Under the pieces are notes generated by a model. It was given only the letters and a program-made list of their open reading frames with translations. It was not told the origin of the DNA and did no database searches. Below are positions 16,113 through 26,971 of a stretch of DNA of 32,000 nucleotides, piece by piece. The position numbers and the translations under genes are program-made. Source of the DNA: an uncultured Erysipelotrichaceae bacterium (GTDB lineage: Bacteria > Bacillota_I > Bacilli_A > Erysipelotrichales > Erysipelotrichaceae); contig OW818653.1 in the NCBI GenBank assembly GCA_942492995.1, positions 870,001 to 902,000 on the forward strand. The letters run 5' to 3'. Positions within the stretch are counted from its first letter, which is position 1, and every line of letters begins with the position of its first letter.

Positions 16113-17003
16113 TTATTGACCAAAAGTTTGGTTCATGACTTCTTCTGCAAAATTATCTGCTTTCTTCTCAATGCCTTCACCGACAGCATAACGAACAAAA
16201 GCAACTACTTCAGTTTTAGCAGATTTCAATACTTCTGCAACTTTTTTGTCTTGATCTTTGAAGAATAATTGGTCAACTAAGCTAGATTCTTGTAGACTCT
16301 TGCTTAAACGACCTTCTAGAATTCCCTTAAGAACATTTTCAGGTTTTGTTGATAATGCTTCATCATTCTTAATGATTTCAGTTTGAATCTTACGTTCATG
16401 TTCGATGTAATCAGCAGGCATATGTTGACGAGAAATATAGCTAGGACTCATAGAAGCAATTTGCATTGCCATATCCTTAGCAACATCCGCATCTTCAGTT
16501 GCACTTAATTTAGCAATTGCAGAAATCTTACCACCCATGTGTACATAAGCGCCAAAGACTTCAGCATCTGTTTTTTCTAATACTTCGAAACGTCTTAATG
16601 TAATCTTTTCACCGATTGTCGCATTCGCATCAATAACCCAGTTTTCTAAGGTTTTGCCTTCGAATTCTAGAGCTAAAGCTTCTTCAACAGTTGTCGCATT
16701 GCCATTTAATAAAGCACTACCAACGACTGTTAATAAATGTAAGAATTGTTCATTCTTCGCAACGAAATCAGTTTCAGAGTTAACTTCTAAAACAACAGCA
16801 CGATTACCATCAACTACAGCTTTAGTTAAACCTTCAGCCGCAATACGATCAGCTTTTTTAGCTGCTTTAGAAATACCTTTTTCACGTAGCCAATCGATTG
16901 CAAGCGCAATGTCACCGTTTGTTTCAGTTAATGCCTTTTTGCAATCCATCATGCCAGCGCCAGTCTTATCTCTTAGTTCTTTTACTTGTGCTGCAGTAAT
17001 CAT
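16113..17003 (-). CDS. tsf: Elongation factor Ts
   Basis: ITAAQVKELRDKTGAGMMDCKKAL N-terminal UBA-like motif; follows rpsB. Confidence 0.96.
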   Translation of the reverse strand: MITAAQVKELRDKTGAGMMDCKKALTETNGDIALAIDWLREKGISKAAKKADRIAAEGLTKAVVDGNRAVVLEVNSETDFVAKNEQFLHLLTVVGSALLNGNATTVEEALALEFEGKTLENWVIDANATIGEKITLRRFEVLEKTDAEVFGAYVHMGGKISAIAKLSATEDADVAKDMAMQIASMSPSYISRQHMPADYIEHERKIQTEIIKNDEALSTKPENVLKGILEGRLSKSLQESSLVDQLFFKDQDKKVAEVLKSAKTEVVAFVRYAVGEGIEKKADNFAEEVMNQTFGQ

Positions 17004-17980
17004 TATTCTTTCACCTCAGGCGCAACAACCTTAGCTGCTTCAACTACTGGAGTTTCAACAGGTTTATCAGTTCTTGGTGTGTATTGTTTGAAATCACGTT
17101 TTGGACGATCAGATGATCCACCACGGTCATTACGATCGTAAGGTTTACGGCCGAAACGTTCTTCACGTTGACGACGTTCTTCCATACGTTGTTTACGACG
17201 GCGTTCGTTTTCTTCATTTTGTTGGTTAACATTGATAATAACATCGCTCATAGTAATATCTTTTTCAAGATCTTGTTCTTGGTGAGCATATGTTAAGATA
17301 CCACCCTTAGCTTCGACAATCGCATCAGCCATTAAGCTAACAATTAACTTAATAGAACGGATCGCATCATCATTAGCTGGAATACCATAATCAATTAGAT
17401 CTGGGTCACAGTTTGTGTCTGTAATCGCAAATACTGGAATGTTTAATTTCTTAGCTTCTAATACTGCATTGTAATCTTCAGTAGGATCGACAACGAATAC
17501 CGCATCAGGTACTTTCTTCATGTCTTTGATTCCACCTAGGAAATTTTCTAAACGAGCTTCTTCCTTCTTGATTTGTGCAATTTCTTTCTTAGGATATAGT
17601 GCTAATGTACCACTAGCTTCCATTTCCTGAATATCAACTAAACGCTTAATTCTCTTTTGAATTGTTCTGAAGTTTGTCAAGGTTCCACCTAACCAACGTT
17701 GGTTAATGTAGAATGATCCACTTCTTAGCGCTTCATCTAAAACGATTTGTTGAGCTTGTTTCTTTGTTCCAACAAACAATACTTTACCGTTCTTTTCTGC
17801 GATAGCACGTAATGCTGCATAAGCATCATCTAACTTAGTCATTGTTCTTTCTAAGTTGATAATATATACCTTGTTTTTAGCCGCGTAAATATACGGCTTC
17901 ATTTTTGGGTTCCATTTCTTGGTTTGATGTCCATAATGTGTCCCATGCTCTAATAACTTCTTCATCGATACGACTGACAT
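17003..17980 (-). CDS. rpsB: 30S ribosomal protein S2 with a long charged C-terminal extension (325 aa)
   Basis: [27 protein letters not shown] matches the canonical S2 N-terminus. Start set to ATG 17980 with GAGGA 6 nt upstream. The last 95 aa or so are Arg/Glu/Lys/Pro-rich. Confidence 0.95.
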   Translation of the reverse strand: MSVVSMKKLLEHGTHYGHQTKKWNPKMKPYIYAAKNKVYIINLERTMTKLDDAYAALRAIAEKNGKVLFVGTKKQAQQIVLDEALRSGSFYINQRWLGGTLTNFRTIQKRIKRLVDIQEMEASGTLALYPKKEIAQIKKEEARLENFLGGIKDMKKVPDAVFVVDPTEDYNAVLEAKKLNIPVFAITDTNCDPDLIDYGIPANDDAIRSIKLIVSLMADAIVEAKGGILTYAHQEQDLEKDITMSDVIINVNQQNEENERRRKQRMEERRQREERFGRKPYDRNDRGGSSDRPKRDFKQYTPRTDKPVETPVVEAAKVVAPEVKE

Positions 17981-18095
17981 TTGTAATCCTCGCTTTCCGT
18001 TAGTCCTCCACCAGTTCTGGCACAATTAACTCTAATGAGCACGGAATTGTGAATCCCTGATGTGTGAAGTACATCTTCATAAGATGCCATTGAAT

Positions 18096-18124
18096 AATAT
18101 ACCATAGTGCAACCACTATGACAA
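18096..18124 (-). promoter_or_regulatory. Putative sigma-A promoter of rpsB-tsf
   Basis: On the minus strand: TTGTCA (18124-18119), 17 bp, TATATT (18101-18096). This leaves a leader of about 110 nt. Confidence 0.5.
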
Positions 18125-18133
18125 GTCTAAGCC

Positions 18134-19036
18134 TTACTTTTTTGCACGATCAAATGCTTTTAAGTAACTGTCTTTTAAACGATCTAAGGTCACATGTGTA
18201 TAGATTTGCGTTGTACTAAGATTCGCATGTCCCAAGAGTTCTTGCACGACACGTAAGTCTGCCCCATTGTCTAATAAATGGGTCGCAAAACTATGTCGCA
18301 ACATATGTGGATGAACTGTTCGTTTTAATCCAGCATCACGTGCTGCTTTATCTAAAAGATATTGAAATCCTCGTGAAGTCATTCGATCACCTTTTGAATT
18401 CACAAAGACAAATTCATGGTTCAGTGCGTATTTAAATTGAGGACGAATTGATTTAAGGTATGTCTTAAGTAAATCATGCATACTTGGATAAAATGGAATC
18501 ATTCTTTCAACACTACCCTTACCAATGAAACGTAGACTATCATCCTGTAAATCAATCTCACGTATTCTTAGATTTACACATTCAGATACACGTAAACCAC
18601 AAGCATACATAAGTTCAAACATAACGCGATTACGATAACAATCCATCTCACTTAAATCAAATGAATCAAGAAGTGTCATGACTTCATCAAAGAGTAGAAA
18701 GTCAGGTAGATGATGGCTTTGTTTTATCGCACTTACATCATGAAATGGATTATAGGTAATCGTTTCTTGTGATAGTAAAAAGTCGTAAAAAGAGCGCAAA
18801 CTAGAAAGTTTACGCGCTAAACTGCTGGATTTTAATCCAAGCTTAGTTTTAGTGTTTAAGAAATAGATATATTCATGAATAAATGTTAAATCAACACTTT
18901 TAAAATCATTAATGTTGTGAGCTAAACAATAATCATAGAATTGTTTCAAATCACGTGAATAGGCAGATTCAGTATGTTTCGAACCTGTATTTTTAAGTTT
19001 AATTGATTTTAAGAAATTGTCGATTTCGTTAAACAT
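18134..19036 (-). CDS. xerC: Tyrosine site-specific recombinase XerC (CodV-type)
   Basis: [35 protein letters not shown] (R-H-R-Y catalytic set). It sits after topA-trmFO as in Bacillus. Confidence 0.88.
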   Translation of the reverse strand: MFNEIDNFLKSIKLKNTGSKHTESAYSRDLKQFYDYCLAHNINDFKSVDLTFIHEYIYFLNTKTKLGLKSSSLARKLSSLRSFYDFLLSQETITYNPFHDVSAIKQSHHLPDFLLFDEVMTLLDSFDLSEMDCYRNRVMFELMYACGLRVSECVNLRIREIDLQDDSLRFIGKGSVERMIPFYPSMHDLLKTYLKSIRPQFKYALNHEFVFVNSKGDRMTSRGFQYLLDKAARDAGLKRTVHPHMLRHSFATHLLDNGADLRVVQELLGHANLSTTQIYTHVTLDRLKDSYLKAFDRAKK

Positions 19037-20339
19037 TGTATTTTTCGATCATTGCCTTAAGTGTTGTTAGTGCAGAGTTAGCCATACGTTCTTTACGATC
19101 GTGTTTCTTCCCTTTATCTTCATAGTTTAGTAAGCCAAATGTCGCATTCATCGGTTGGAAATGATTTGGATCGGTATGCGTTACATAATATGCCATCGAA
19201 CCAATAATGGATTGTGGATCAAAGGTAAATACTTCTTGATCAAGTAATCGTCTTGCTAAGCTTATACCCGCAACACAACCACTAGCACATGATTCGACAT
19301 ACCCTTCTACACCGCTCATTTGACCTGCGAAATACCAATTTGGGTTATCTAAACATTGATAGTTTGAATTAATTAATAAAGGTGATTTGATATACGTATT
19401 TCTGTGCATTACGCCATAACGTGCAAATTCACAATTCTCTAATCCTGGAATCATACGAATTATACGTCGTTGTTCAGGCCAGGTTAAATGCGTTTGAAAG
19501 CCTACGATATTATAGAGGGATGCGGCCGCATTATCTTGTCTTAATTGTACTACCGCATAAGCACGTTTACCATTATCCTTCTCAAGCCCAACTGGTTTCA
19601 TTGGCCCAAATGTTAATGTCATCGGACCACGTTTCGCCATTACTTCAAACGGCATACACCCTTCAAAAAAGATTTCTTTTTCAAATTCTTTTAGGGTTAC
19701 AGTTTCTGCGTTAATGAGTTCATGATAAAAGTTTTCAAATTCTTCTTTCGTCATAGGGCAATTAATATAATCCTGTGTTTCACCCTTATCGTAACGTGAT
19801 TTATAATACGCAATATCGAAGTTAACTGAATCTTTTTCAATGATTGGCGCTGCCGCATCATAGAAATAGAGTGATTCTTGATTAAATCGATTCTTAATAA
19901 ACTCAGCTAATGGATCAGATGTTAAAGGACCTGTCGCCACAATCGTTGGTATATTCTCATCAAGTTCAGTGACTTCTTCATGAAAGACAGTCACAAGTGG
20001 ATGAGCTTTAATGGCTTCAGTAATACTCTTCGCAAACCCTTCTCGATCAACCGCTAATGCACTACCAGCCGGTACACGATGAAGATCCGCATGTTTCATA
20101 ATGAAACTATCTAAGAGTCTTAACTCTTCTTTAAGTACACCAACTGCATTTAAGAGTTGATCACTTCTTAATGAATTCGAACAAACAAGTTCCGCAAAAT
20201 CATTGGTTTTATGTGCCGGACTTGATTTAACCGGACGCATTTCATATAAATGGACAGGAATTCCTCGTTTAACTAATTGATGAGTTGCTTCACAACCCGC
20301 TAACCCTGCCCCAATAACTCGTACAAAATTAGGCTTCAT
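19029..20339 (-). CDS. trmFO: Methylenetetrahydrofolate-tRNA-(U54)-methyltransferase TrmFO (Gid)
   Basis: [14 protein letters not shown]-binding motif, [21 protein letters not shown]; topA-trmFO-xerC synteny. Confidence 0.94.
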   Translation of the reverse strand: MKPNFVRVIGAGLAGCEATHQLVKRGIPVHLYEMRPVKSSPAHKTNDFAELVCSNSLRSDQLLNAVGVLKEELRLLDSFIMKHADLHRVPAGSALAVDREGFAKSITEAIKAHPLVTVFHEEVTELDENIPTIVATGPLTSDPLAEFIKNRFNQESLYFYDAAAPIIEKDSVNFDIAYYKSRYDKGETQDYINCPMTKEEFENFYHELINAETVTLKEFEKEIFFEGCMPFEVMAKRGPMTLTFGPMKPVGLEKDNGKRAYAVVQLRQDNAAASLYNIVGFQTHLTWPEQRRIIRMIPGLENCEFARYGVMHRNTYIKSPLLINSNYQCLDNPNWYFAGQMSGVEGYVESCASGCVAGISLARRLLDQEVFTFDPQSIIGSMAYYVTHTDPNHFQPMNATFGLLNYEDKGKKHDRKERMANSALTTLKAMIEKYNV

Positions 20340-22458
20340 CTTCTTCTGTTTTCGCTTTCTTTTGAATGTATCGACATTTTGGATAATTACTACATCCTAC
20401 AAATGGCTTACCATAACGACTCATTTTTTCTACGAGTGGTTTACCACAATCAGGACACATTTCACCAGTTTCCTTAGCTTCTTGTGGTTTTGACTTTGAA
20501 TTAATAATCGTCTTACAAGTTGGATAATTACTACATGCGACAAACGGCCCAAAACGACCTTTACGTGTCACAAGTGGTGATCCACAATTCGGACACATTT
20601 CGCCAGTAAATGCAGGTTCTTCTTTTTCTTTTTCGATTTTCTCAATATGTTTACAAGTTGGATATGTACTACATGCGATAAATGGTCCAAAACGTCCCTT
20701 ACGCTGAACTAGAGGTGATCCACAGTCTGGACAATCACGTCCTACTTCAACTGGCGCAATCTTTTCCATTGTGTCATAGGCTTGGGTTAGTAATGGTGTA
20801 AATAGATTATAGAAACGCGTTAGTGCTTCGACGTGATCTTGATTGCCTTCGGCGATATGATCAAGTTCACTTTCCATTTGTGCGGTATAGTCGACATTAA
20901 TAATCGATTCGAAATGTTCTTTTAATTTAGAATCCGTTAAGAATCCTTGTTCAGTTGGAATAAAGACACGTGTCTTACTGGATTCCCCTTTTTCAAGGGT
21001 TACATATAAACGTTCAATGATTGTGTCAATAATCATCGCATAGGTACTTGGACGTCCAATACCTTTACTTTCAAGTGCTTCGATTAAACGCGCTTCGGAA
21101 TATCGTAGTGGAGGATTAGAGAAACTTTGTGTTCCTTCATTTTTTAAGCTGATAAGTGTTTCATCTTGATCTAAGTGAGGCAACCATTTATCTTTGCTTG
21201 TTTCATATTTACCATATACTTTTAAATAACCATCAAACTCTAATTTAGAACCCTTAGCCACAAACTCATATCCTTTTTGAGCGAGTGTTACACTAATTGT
21301 TTTAGTCTTTGGTGAACTCATCAATGATGCGAGTGAACGAGCATAGATTAATGCATAAAGCTTTAATTCATCTTGAGTTAATACATCTTTAAGTTGATCA
21401 GGCGTATATTCAATGTGCGTCATACGGATGGCTTCATGGGCATCCTGTGCATTATTATTTTCTTTTACTTTATAGAATCCAACATAATCTTGTCCGTATT
21501 CTGAACGAATAAAGTTTTGTGCATCCTTAACAAATCCATCGGAAAAACGTGTTGAATCGGTACGCATATAGGTAATTAAACCTTCTTGACCATCTTTCAT
21601 ATCAACGCCTTCATAAAGCTTCTGTGCGATACGCATCGTCTTCTTCGCTGGGAAGTTTAGTTTGTTCGCCGCTTCTTGTTGGAGAGTGGATGTAATAAAT
21701 GGGAACTTATGTGCTTTAGCACCTTGTTTCTCGACAATGGATTGAACTTTAAATTCATTATTAAGTTCTGATAAAATCTTATCGTTTTCAGCTTGATTCT
21801 TAACTTTTAAGGTTTTACCTTCAAACTTTTCAAGTTCCGCATCAAATTCTGTTTTATTCTTATCAAAATACGCTTTGATCGTCCATTTTTCTTCTGGCAC
21901 AAACGCGAGTATTTCTTTTTCTTTTTCAACAACTAAACGAAGCGCAACCGATTGAACACGACCTGCAGACTTCGATGATATTTTACTTTGAAGTAATTTC
22001 GATAATTTAAAACCGATAATACGATCTAAAATACGACGTGTTTCTTGAGAACGTACAAGATTCATATCGACATCACGTGGATGTTCAAATGCTTCTAAGA
22101 TGGCAGGTTTCGTAATTTCATTGAATACAACACGTTGTGCTTTTTCATTGGTTAGACCTAATTCATCCAATAGATGCCAAGAAATCGCCTCACCTTCACG
22201 GTCAGGGTCAGTCGCAAGGTAAACCATTTTAGCTTTTTTAACTTTCGTTTTAAGTTGCTTAACGGTATCACCTTTATCTTTATTAATCTTATAGGTAGGT
22301 TTAAATCCATTCTCAACATCAACACCTAAACCACCTTTACCGCTTGTAGAAAGATCACGTATATGGCCTTTGGATGAGACGACTTCAAAATCATCCCCCA
22401 AGTATTTCTGGATTGTTTTTGATTTGGATGGGGATTCCACAATAACTAAATTACGCAT
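20329..22458 (-). CDS. topA: DNA topoisomerase I
   Basis: TOPRIM region [18 protein letters not shown]...[14 protein letters not shown], active-site [10 protein letters not shown], and three C-terminal CxxC...CxxxxC zinc-ribbon repeats. Confidence 0.97.
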   Translation of the reverse strand: MRNLVIVESPSKSKTIQKYLGDDFEVVSSKGHIRDLSTSGKGGLGVDVENGFKPTYKINKDKGDTVKQLKTKVKKAKMVYLATDPDREGEAISWHLLDELGLTNEKAQRVVFNEITKPAILEAFEHPRDVDMNLVRSQETRRILDRIIGFKLSKLLQSKISSKSAGRVQSVALRLVVEKEKEILAFVPEEKWTIKAYFDKNKTEFDAELEKFEGKTLKVKNQAENDKILSELNNEFKVQSIVEKQGAKAHKFPFITSTLQQEAANKLNFPAKKTMRIAQKLYEGVDMKDGQEGLITYMRTDSTRFSDGFVKDAQNFIRSEYGQDYVGFYKVKENNNAQDAHEAIRMTHIEYTPDQLKDVLTQDELKLYALIYARSLASLMSSPKTKTISVTLAQKGYEFVAKGSKLEFDGYLKVYGKYETSKDKWLPHLDQDETLISLKNEGTQSFSNPPLRYSEARLIEALESKGIGRPSTYAMIIDTIIERLYVTLEKGESSKTRVFIPTEQGFLTDSKLKEHFESIINVDYTAQMESELDHIAEGNQDHVEALTRFYNLFTPLLTQAYDTMEKIAPVEVGRDCPDCGSPLVQRKGRFGPFIACSTYPTCKHIEKIEKEKEEPAFTGEMCPNCGSPLVTRKGRFGPFVACSNYPTCKTIINSKSKPQEAKETGEMCPDCGKPLVEKMSRYGKPFVGCSNYPKCRYIQKKAKTEEDEA

Positions 22459-22501
22459 GACTGCTCCTATATTAAACGTTGAACGTTTTTTTCACTGTAT
22501 T

Positions 22502-23263
22502 TCATAGTTTGGTTAATTCTAGCGGGTTTGTCAAGATATTTGCGCCTTGTTGGATTAAGAAATTATTTCCAACGCCTTCTTCTTGATCTAAATTAAACGG
22601 TAAACAATACACATCTTTACCACAATCTAGTGCATAATTAACGGTAATCATCGAACCACTTTTCAGATTCGACTGCATCACAAATAAGCATTTTCCTAAA
22701 CCTGCAATAATGCGATTACGCATCACAAATTGATGTTTACGTACGGGTGTTTGTTCTGGATATTCCGATAGAATTAAGCCGAATTGACTAACTTGATGAT
22801 ATAGATCGATATTACTTTTCGGATATATTACATCGATTCCAGATCCTAGTATCGCAATCGTAGTACCATATTTTAACGCTACTCGATGCGCTAATCCATC
22901 AATACCTTTCGCAAGTCCACTTACAATCGTTGTACTTTGCGCCAGTTCAGTAATGAGATTAATCGTCCATTTCTTTGCGTATTCAATTGCTTCGCGACTT
23001 CCAATAACAGAAACACAATCAGTCGTTAATAAATTTATGTTTCCTCGATAGTATAGTACAAATGGTGGATTTTTCAAATATTTCAGTGATTTTGGATAAA
23101 TATCATCTAAAATCGTGAAATAAAAACCCTTATACTTAGTTTGTACATAGGGTTCATTAGTTAATATCGCCGAATTAATCGAGGCATAATCGCCTTCATA
23201 TTTTAAACTATACGCTAAGAGTTGTTCATTGTGCATACCTATATTTATGTATAGGTAATCCAA
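22502..23263 (-). CDS. dprA: DNA processing protein DprA (Smf), short form
   Basis: VSVIGSREA, GLAKGIDGLAHRVAL, AILGSGIDVIYP, RNRIIAGL Rossmann-fold DprA motifs. The start is uncertain: TTG 23263 or ATG 23236. Confidence 0.85.
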   Translation of the reverse strand: MDYLYINIGMHNEQLLAYSLKYEGDYASINSAILTNEPYVQTKYKGFYFTILDDIYPKSLKYLKNPPFVLYYRGNINLLTTDCVSVIGSREAIEYAKKWTINLITELAQSTTIVSGLAKGIDGLAHRVALKYGTTIAILGSGIDVIYPKSNIDLYHQVSQFGLILSEYPEQTPVRKHQFVMRNRIIAGLGKCLFVMQSNLKSGSMITVNYALDCGKDVYCLPFNLDQEEGVGNNFLIQQGANILTNPLELTKL

Positions 23264-23267
23264 TATC

Positions 23268-23879
23268 CTAATCGAATAATGTTTTCTGACTTAATGACTT
23301 AACAGGTTCATACGATAAACGATGGATCGGTAATATTCCATAGTTATGAAGTGCTTCCACATGTTTCTTCGTAGGATATCCTTTATGTTGTTTAAATCCA
23401 TATTCCGGATAGAGTTGATCGTATTCTTCCATAATCGTATCACGTGTTACTTTAGCGATAATACTTGCGGCCGCAATACTGATACTCCGTGAATCACCTT
23501 TGATGTAATCACGAACATCCTTGCCTTCTATTTGAAATGGCATCGCATCACTTAATATAATTTTCGCATCAGAGAATTTCGCAATCATCTTCATCGCATT
23601 CTTTGTAGCTTGGTAAATATTATCTTTATCAATTGTTTCAGGACTTACAGTAATTACCATCACCCATAACGCATATCTTAAGATATCATCGAAACATCGT
23701 TTGCGTTGTTTCTCTGTGAGTTGTTTAGAATCATTGATTAATGGATGTGAATATCGTTTAGGTAAAACAACACCTGACACAACACAAGGTCCAGCTAAAG
23801 GTCCTCGTCCTGCTTCATCAATACCACATACAATTAAATCATCGATATCATGTTCAAGCCAGATTTTCGACATATTCAA
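23268..23879 (-). CDS. rnhB: Ribonuclease HII
   Basis: GIDEAGRGPLAGP, DSKQL, ASIIAKVTRD. It overlaps the end of rbgA by 26 nt. Confidence 0.94.
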   Translation of the reverse strand: MNMSKIWLEHDIDDLIVCGIDEAGRGPLAGPCVVSGVVLPKRYSHPLINDSKQLTEKQRKRCFDDILRYALWVMVITVSPETIDKDNIYQATKNAMKMIAKFSDAKIILSDAMPFQIEGKDVRDYIKGDSRSISIAAASIIAKVTRDTIMEEYDQLYPEYGFKQHKGYPTKKHVEALHNYGILPIHRLSYEPVKSLSQKTLFD

Positions 23880-24699
23880 AACTCATTGGGCCAAGCGTAC
23901 CTTGTTTGACTTCTCTTAAGAACGTCACATACGATTGGTCAACCATCATTTCATCTTTCTTAATGTATAAACGTAATTTCGCTAAATGTTCAAAAAATTC
24001 ACCTGGTACGTCTCCACGATAACCATATCGTTCATTTAGATAATTAGGATAATGAGCTAAGACAAAATTAAACGCAATATACGCAAGTTCATCAATCGGT
24101 AATACTTTCTCACTAATTGAACCAGCAAGCGCTAGATTGATTCCAGTTTGCGGATCATCAAACTTTGGCCATAATACGCCTGGTGTATCCAAAAGATCGA
24201 GTTGAGGATGAACATTTGCCCATTTAAGCGCCATGGTTACCCCTGGTCGATCAGCAGTTGTCATTACTTTCTTCTTTGCAAGTTGATTGATTAGGGTTGA
24301 TTTACCAACATTGGGTATACCAACAACCATCGCTTTAATCTTACGTGCTCCAATACCGCGCGCTTTCCATCGATCAAACTTAGGTTTCATAACTAAAAGA
24401 CACGCTTCCACAACTTTCTTGCGTGTATCATCATTTAGAAGATCTAACGCAATAACCGCAATGGATTCACCACTTAGTGCCTTCATCCAATCTTGGGTTG
24501 CCTTTTGATCGGCCATATCGAGTTTACTTAATACAATTAAACGTGGTTTATCTTTCGCTAATTCAAAAATAAGTGGATTAATTGAAGCCATTGGAATACG
24601 CGCATCGCGACATTCTATAACCATATCCACCATCTTTAACTTTTCTTGCATTTCACGCTTAGCTTTGGTCATATGACCAGGAAACCACTGAATGCCCAT
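23854..24699 (-). CDS. rbgA: Ribosome biogenesis GTPase A (YlqF)
   Basis: MGIQWFPGHMTKA, circularly permuted GTPase motifs (LSKLDM, GIPNVGKST, DTPGVLWP). Confidence 0.94.
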   Translation of the reverse strand: MGIQWFPGHMTKAKREMQEKLKMVDMVIECRDARIPMASINPLIFELAKDKPRLIVLSKLDMADQKATQDWMKALSGESIAVIALDLLNDDTRKKVVEACLLVMKPKFDRWKARGIGARKIKAMVVGIPNVGKSTLINQLAKKKVMTTADRPGVTMALKWANVHPQLDLLDTPGVLWPKFDDPQTGINLALAGSISEKVLPIDELAYIAFNFVLAHYPNYLNERYGYRGDVPGEFFEHLAKLRLYIKKDEMMVDQSYVTFLREVKQGTLGPMSFEYVENLA

Positions 24700-25245
24700 T
24701 TATTCTCCTTTAAACCAATTAATCTCGTTAAATGGATAAAATATATATGCGTCTTTAGCGATAATATCACTTAATTTAAATGCCCCAAATACTCGAGAAT
24801 CACTTGAATAAGGACGATTATCACCCATTAAAAATACTTCATCATCGCCAACTGTAATTGGTCCAAAACTATTTGTAAAAGGTTCAAAATCTTTTATATA
24901 CGATTGATCAAAGAAATTCTGTTCAATCACTTCGCCATTAATATAAACTTGATTATCTATCACTTCGATTGTTTCATTCGGTAATGCGATAACTCTCTTA
25001 ACTAAATACTCATCCAATGATTCGACATAAACAATGACGACATCATAACGATTTACTCCAAAAAGTTGATACGAAAGAATGTTCGAAAATCCCAGGGATT
25101 GGTCCTTTAAGGTTGGATACATACTTGATCCGTTTACTTTAATGGGTTTTACTACAAAATTCGTTAGAACCAACACAAAAATCAAGCTCGTAATAACGCT
25201 CTTTGCGAATTCTTTAAACAGTTGATAACTCTTGTTTTCTTGCAT
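24700..25245 (-). CDS. lepB: Signal peptidase I
   Basis: N-terminal TM segment, GSSMYPTL (catalytic Ser), VKRVIALP (Lys), GDNRPYSSDSR. Confidence 0.92.
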   Translation of the reverse strand: MQENKSYQLFKEFAKSVITSLIFVLVLTNFVVKPIKVNGSSMYPTLKDQSLGFSNILSYQLFGVNRYDVVIVYVESLDEYLVKRVIALPNETIEVIDNQVYINGEVIEQNFFDQSYIKDFEPFTNSFGPITVGDDEVFLMGDNRPYSSDSRVFGAFKLSDIIAKDAYIFYPFNEINWFKGE

Positions 25246-25254
25246 AAATAGAAT

Positions 25255-25277
25255 AAAAGCCGGATAACCGGCTTTTT
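25255..25277 (-). terminator. Intrinsic terminator after rplS
   Basis: AAAAGCCGG-ttat-CCGGCTTTT, 1 nt after the rplS stop. The lepB ATG follows only 10 nt later. Confidence 0.7.
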
Positions 25278-25278
25278 A

Positions 25279-25626
25279 TTATCGAATTTCGACCAAACGA
25301 GATGCTTTACCTGAACGTCCACGCATATAGAACAATTTAGCTCTACGTACTTTACCACGACGTAATACAGTAATACTCTCAATAATAGGTGAATGAACTG
25401 GGAAAGTTCTTTCTACCCCGATTTGTGACGACATTTTACGAACGATAAATGTTTCACCGATGCCTTTTCCCTGACGGGCAATTACTAATCCTTCAAACGC
25501 CTGAATTCTGAATTTTTCACCTTCTTGAATACGTACATCCACACGGACTTGGTATCCAGGTTTGAAATCAGGTAAATCAGTGCGTAATTGTGATTGAATA
25601 ATTTCTTCAACTAAATTCAATTGCAT
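25279..25626 (-). CDS. rplS: 50S ribosomal protein L19
   Basis: 115 aa, with [18 protein letters not shown]...RIQAFEG and RRAKLFYMR. Confidence 0.97.
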   Translation of the reverse strand: MQLNLVEEIIQSQLRTDLPDFKPGYQVRVDVRIQEGEKFRIQAFEGLVIARQGKGIGETFIVRKMSSQIGVERTFPVHSPIIESITVLRRGKVRRAKLFYMRGRSGKASRLVEIR

Positions 25627-25700
25627 ATTTTCGCGCTCCTTGTTTTTCTCACAGTTCTTGTATCGAATGCACAGCGGAACTGCCTAGCCATAGGCTTAAT
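25627..25700 (-). promoter_or_regulatory. Structured rplS 5' UTR, a candidate L19 ribosomal-protein leader
   Basis: Two hairpins in the transcript, GCCUA-UGGC-UAGGC and CAGUUC-(19 nt)-GAACUG, upstream of AAGGAG. The position matches the L19 leader described for low-GC Gram-positives. Confidence 0.4.
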
Positions 25701-25701
25701 T

Positions 25702-25730
25702 AATTTATCATAGATTGATGGTTAAATCAA
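25702..25730 (-). promoter_or_regulatory. Putative promoter of rplS
   Basis: On the minus strand: TTGATT (25730-25725, overlapping the trmD stop), 17 bp, TAAATT (25707-25702). Confidence 0.45.
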
Positions 25731-26458
25731 CCCTTTTTGATTTCTTCTTTCAATATTTCTATCATCAATAACGCCTCTTCTTTATCCAACGGTTCTTTTA
25801 AAAACAAGTCAGGACGTTTCTTCCAGGTTTGACGTAATGATTCTTTTAAACGATACTTACGAATATCTTCATGATGACCCGATAATAATACTGCAGGCAC
25901 TTCAATTGAATCATAGATCAATGGACGTGTGAATTGAGGGTATTCTAAGCGATGTTCCTCAAAGGATTCATCTTGATGAGAAGCTTCTTTGATTACCCCA
26001 TCAATCAATCGTACAACCGCATCTGTTACTACCATAGACGCTAATTCACCACCTGTAAGAATATAATCCCCAATGGAAATCTCTTCATCCACATAGTTTA
26101 AGATACGATCATCAATACCTTCATAGTGTCCACAGATAAAGATAATATGATCTTTTAAACTTAAATCACGAGCCTTCTTTTGATTAAACGTTGTCCCTTT
26201 AGGACTACTGATTAGAGTATATGAATTCGATTGTTTAATAGAATTCAAAGCATCTAACACAGGTTGAACAGCCATAACTAAACCTTGACCACCCCCAAAT
26301 GGATAATCATCCACACGATTGTGTTTATTCGTTGTGAAAGAACGTATATCAATACATTCAATCTCAACCAACTCTTTTAGTCGTGCTTTCTTTATGATTG
26401 ATGTGTTTAAAAAACCATCAAACATCTCTGGAAATAGTGTCAAGATACTTATTTTCAT
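25727..26458 (-). CDS. trmD: tRNA (guanine37-N1)-methyltransferase
   Basis: MKISILTLFPEMF, YPFGGGQGLVM, GHYEGIDDR, SIGDYILTGGE. Start set to ATG 26458, which forms an ATGA overlap with the rimM stop. Confidence 0.95.
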   Translation of the reverse strand: MKISILTLFPEMFDGFLNTSIIKKARLKELVEIECIDIRSFTTNKHNRVDDYPFGGGQGLVMAVQPVLDALNSIKQSNSYTLISSPKGTTFNQKKARDLSLKDHIIFICGHYEGIDDRILNYVDEEISIGDYILTGGELASMVVTDAVVRLIDGVIKEASHQDESFEEHRLEYPQFTRPLIYDSIEVPAVLLSGHHEDIRKYRLKESLRQTWKKRPDLFLKEPLDKEEALLMIEILKEEIKKG

Positions 26459-26955
26459 AAACCTTCCATCCATTTAACCGTAATACGATTCTTCTTCGCA
26501 TCGGTTTTTACGATAAACGCATCAACATATGGAATAAGGATATCCTTACCATCCGTCTTAATACGCAGTATCGCATGAGCTGGTGTTTCCATCACATCAC
26601 TTACCGTACCAATTAAACGATCAGTCTCATCATAAACTTCCATATTCATGAGTTGGAAGTAATAGACATTCTCTTTCGTATCGATACTTGATTTATCGAC
26701 ATATACATCACTTTGTGCTAAAGGTTCAACACTGGTTAAATCAGGATAGCCAACAAACTTAATGAGAGCATGTTCCTGATGATAACGTACGGATTCAATG
26801 GTCACATCTAAAAAGCCTGATTCTCTTTGAATGTACAAGATTTTCTTTGACTTAAATCGTTTCTCAGGGAAATCGGTAAATATCTTTACCTTAACTTCAC
26901 CTTTGATTCCAAAGCCTTTTACTATTTTACCAACTCTAATTTTTTCGTTTGTCAT
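26455..26955 (-). CDS. rimM: 16S rRNA processing protein RimM
   Basis: VGKIVKGFGIKGEVKV N-terminal motif and a PRC-barrel C-terminus; rimM-trmD synteny. Confidence 0.92.
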   Translation of the reverse strand: MTNEKIRVGKIVKGFGIKGEVKVKIFTDFPEKRFKSKKILYIQRESGFLDVTIESVRYHQEHALIKFVGYPDLTSVEPLAQSDVYVDKSSIDTKENVYYFQLMNMEVYDETDRLIGTVSDVMETPAHAILRIKTDGKDILIPYVDAFIVKTDAKKNRITVKWMEGL

Positions 26956-26971
26956 AATTGTCCTAAAGTTT

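Noticed and set aside
22474-22492. AAACG-TTGAA-CGTTT hairpin followed by T7 on the plus strand, between dprA and topA
   Set aside because: It is terminator-like only on the plus strand, where no gene is present. On the coding (minus) strand it is preceded by the A-run rather than followed by a U-run, so it is not a dprA/topA terminator. At most it blocks antisense transcription.
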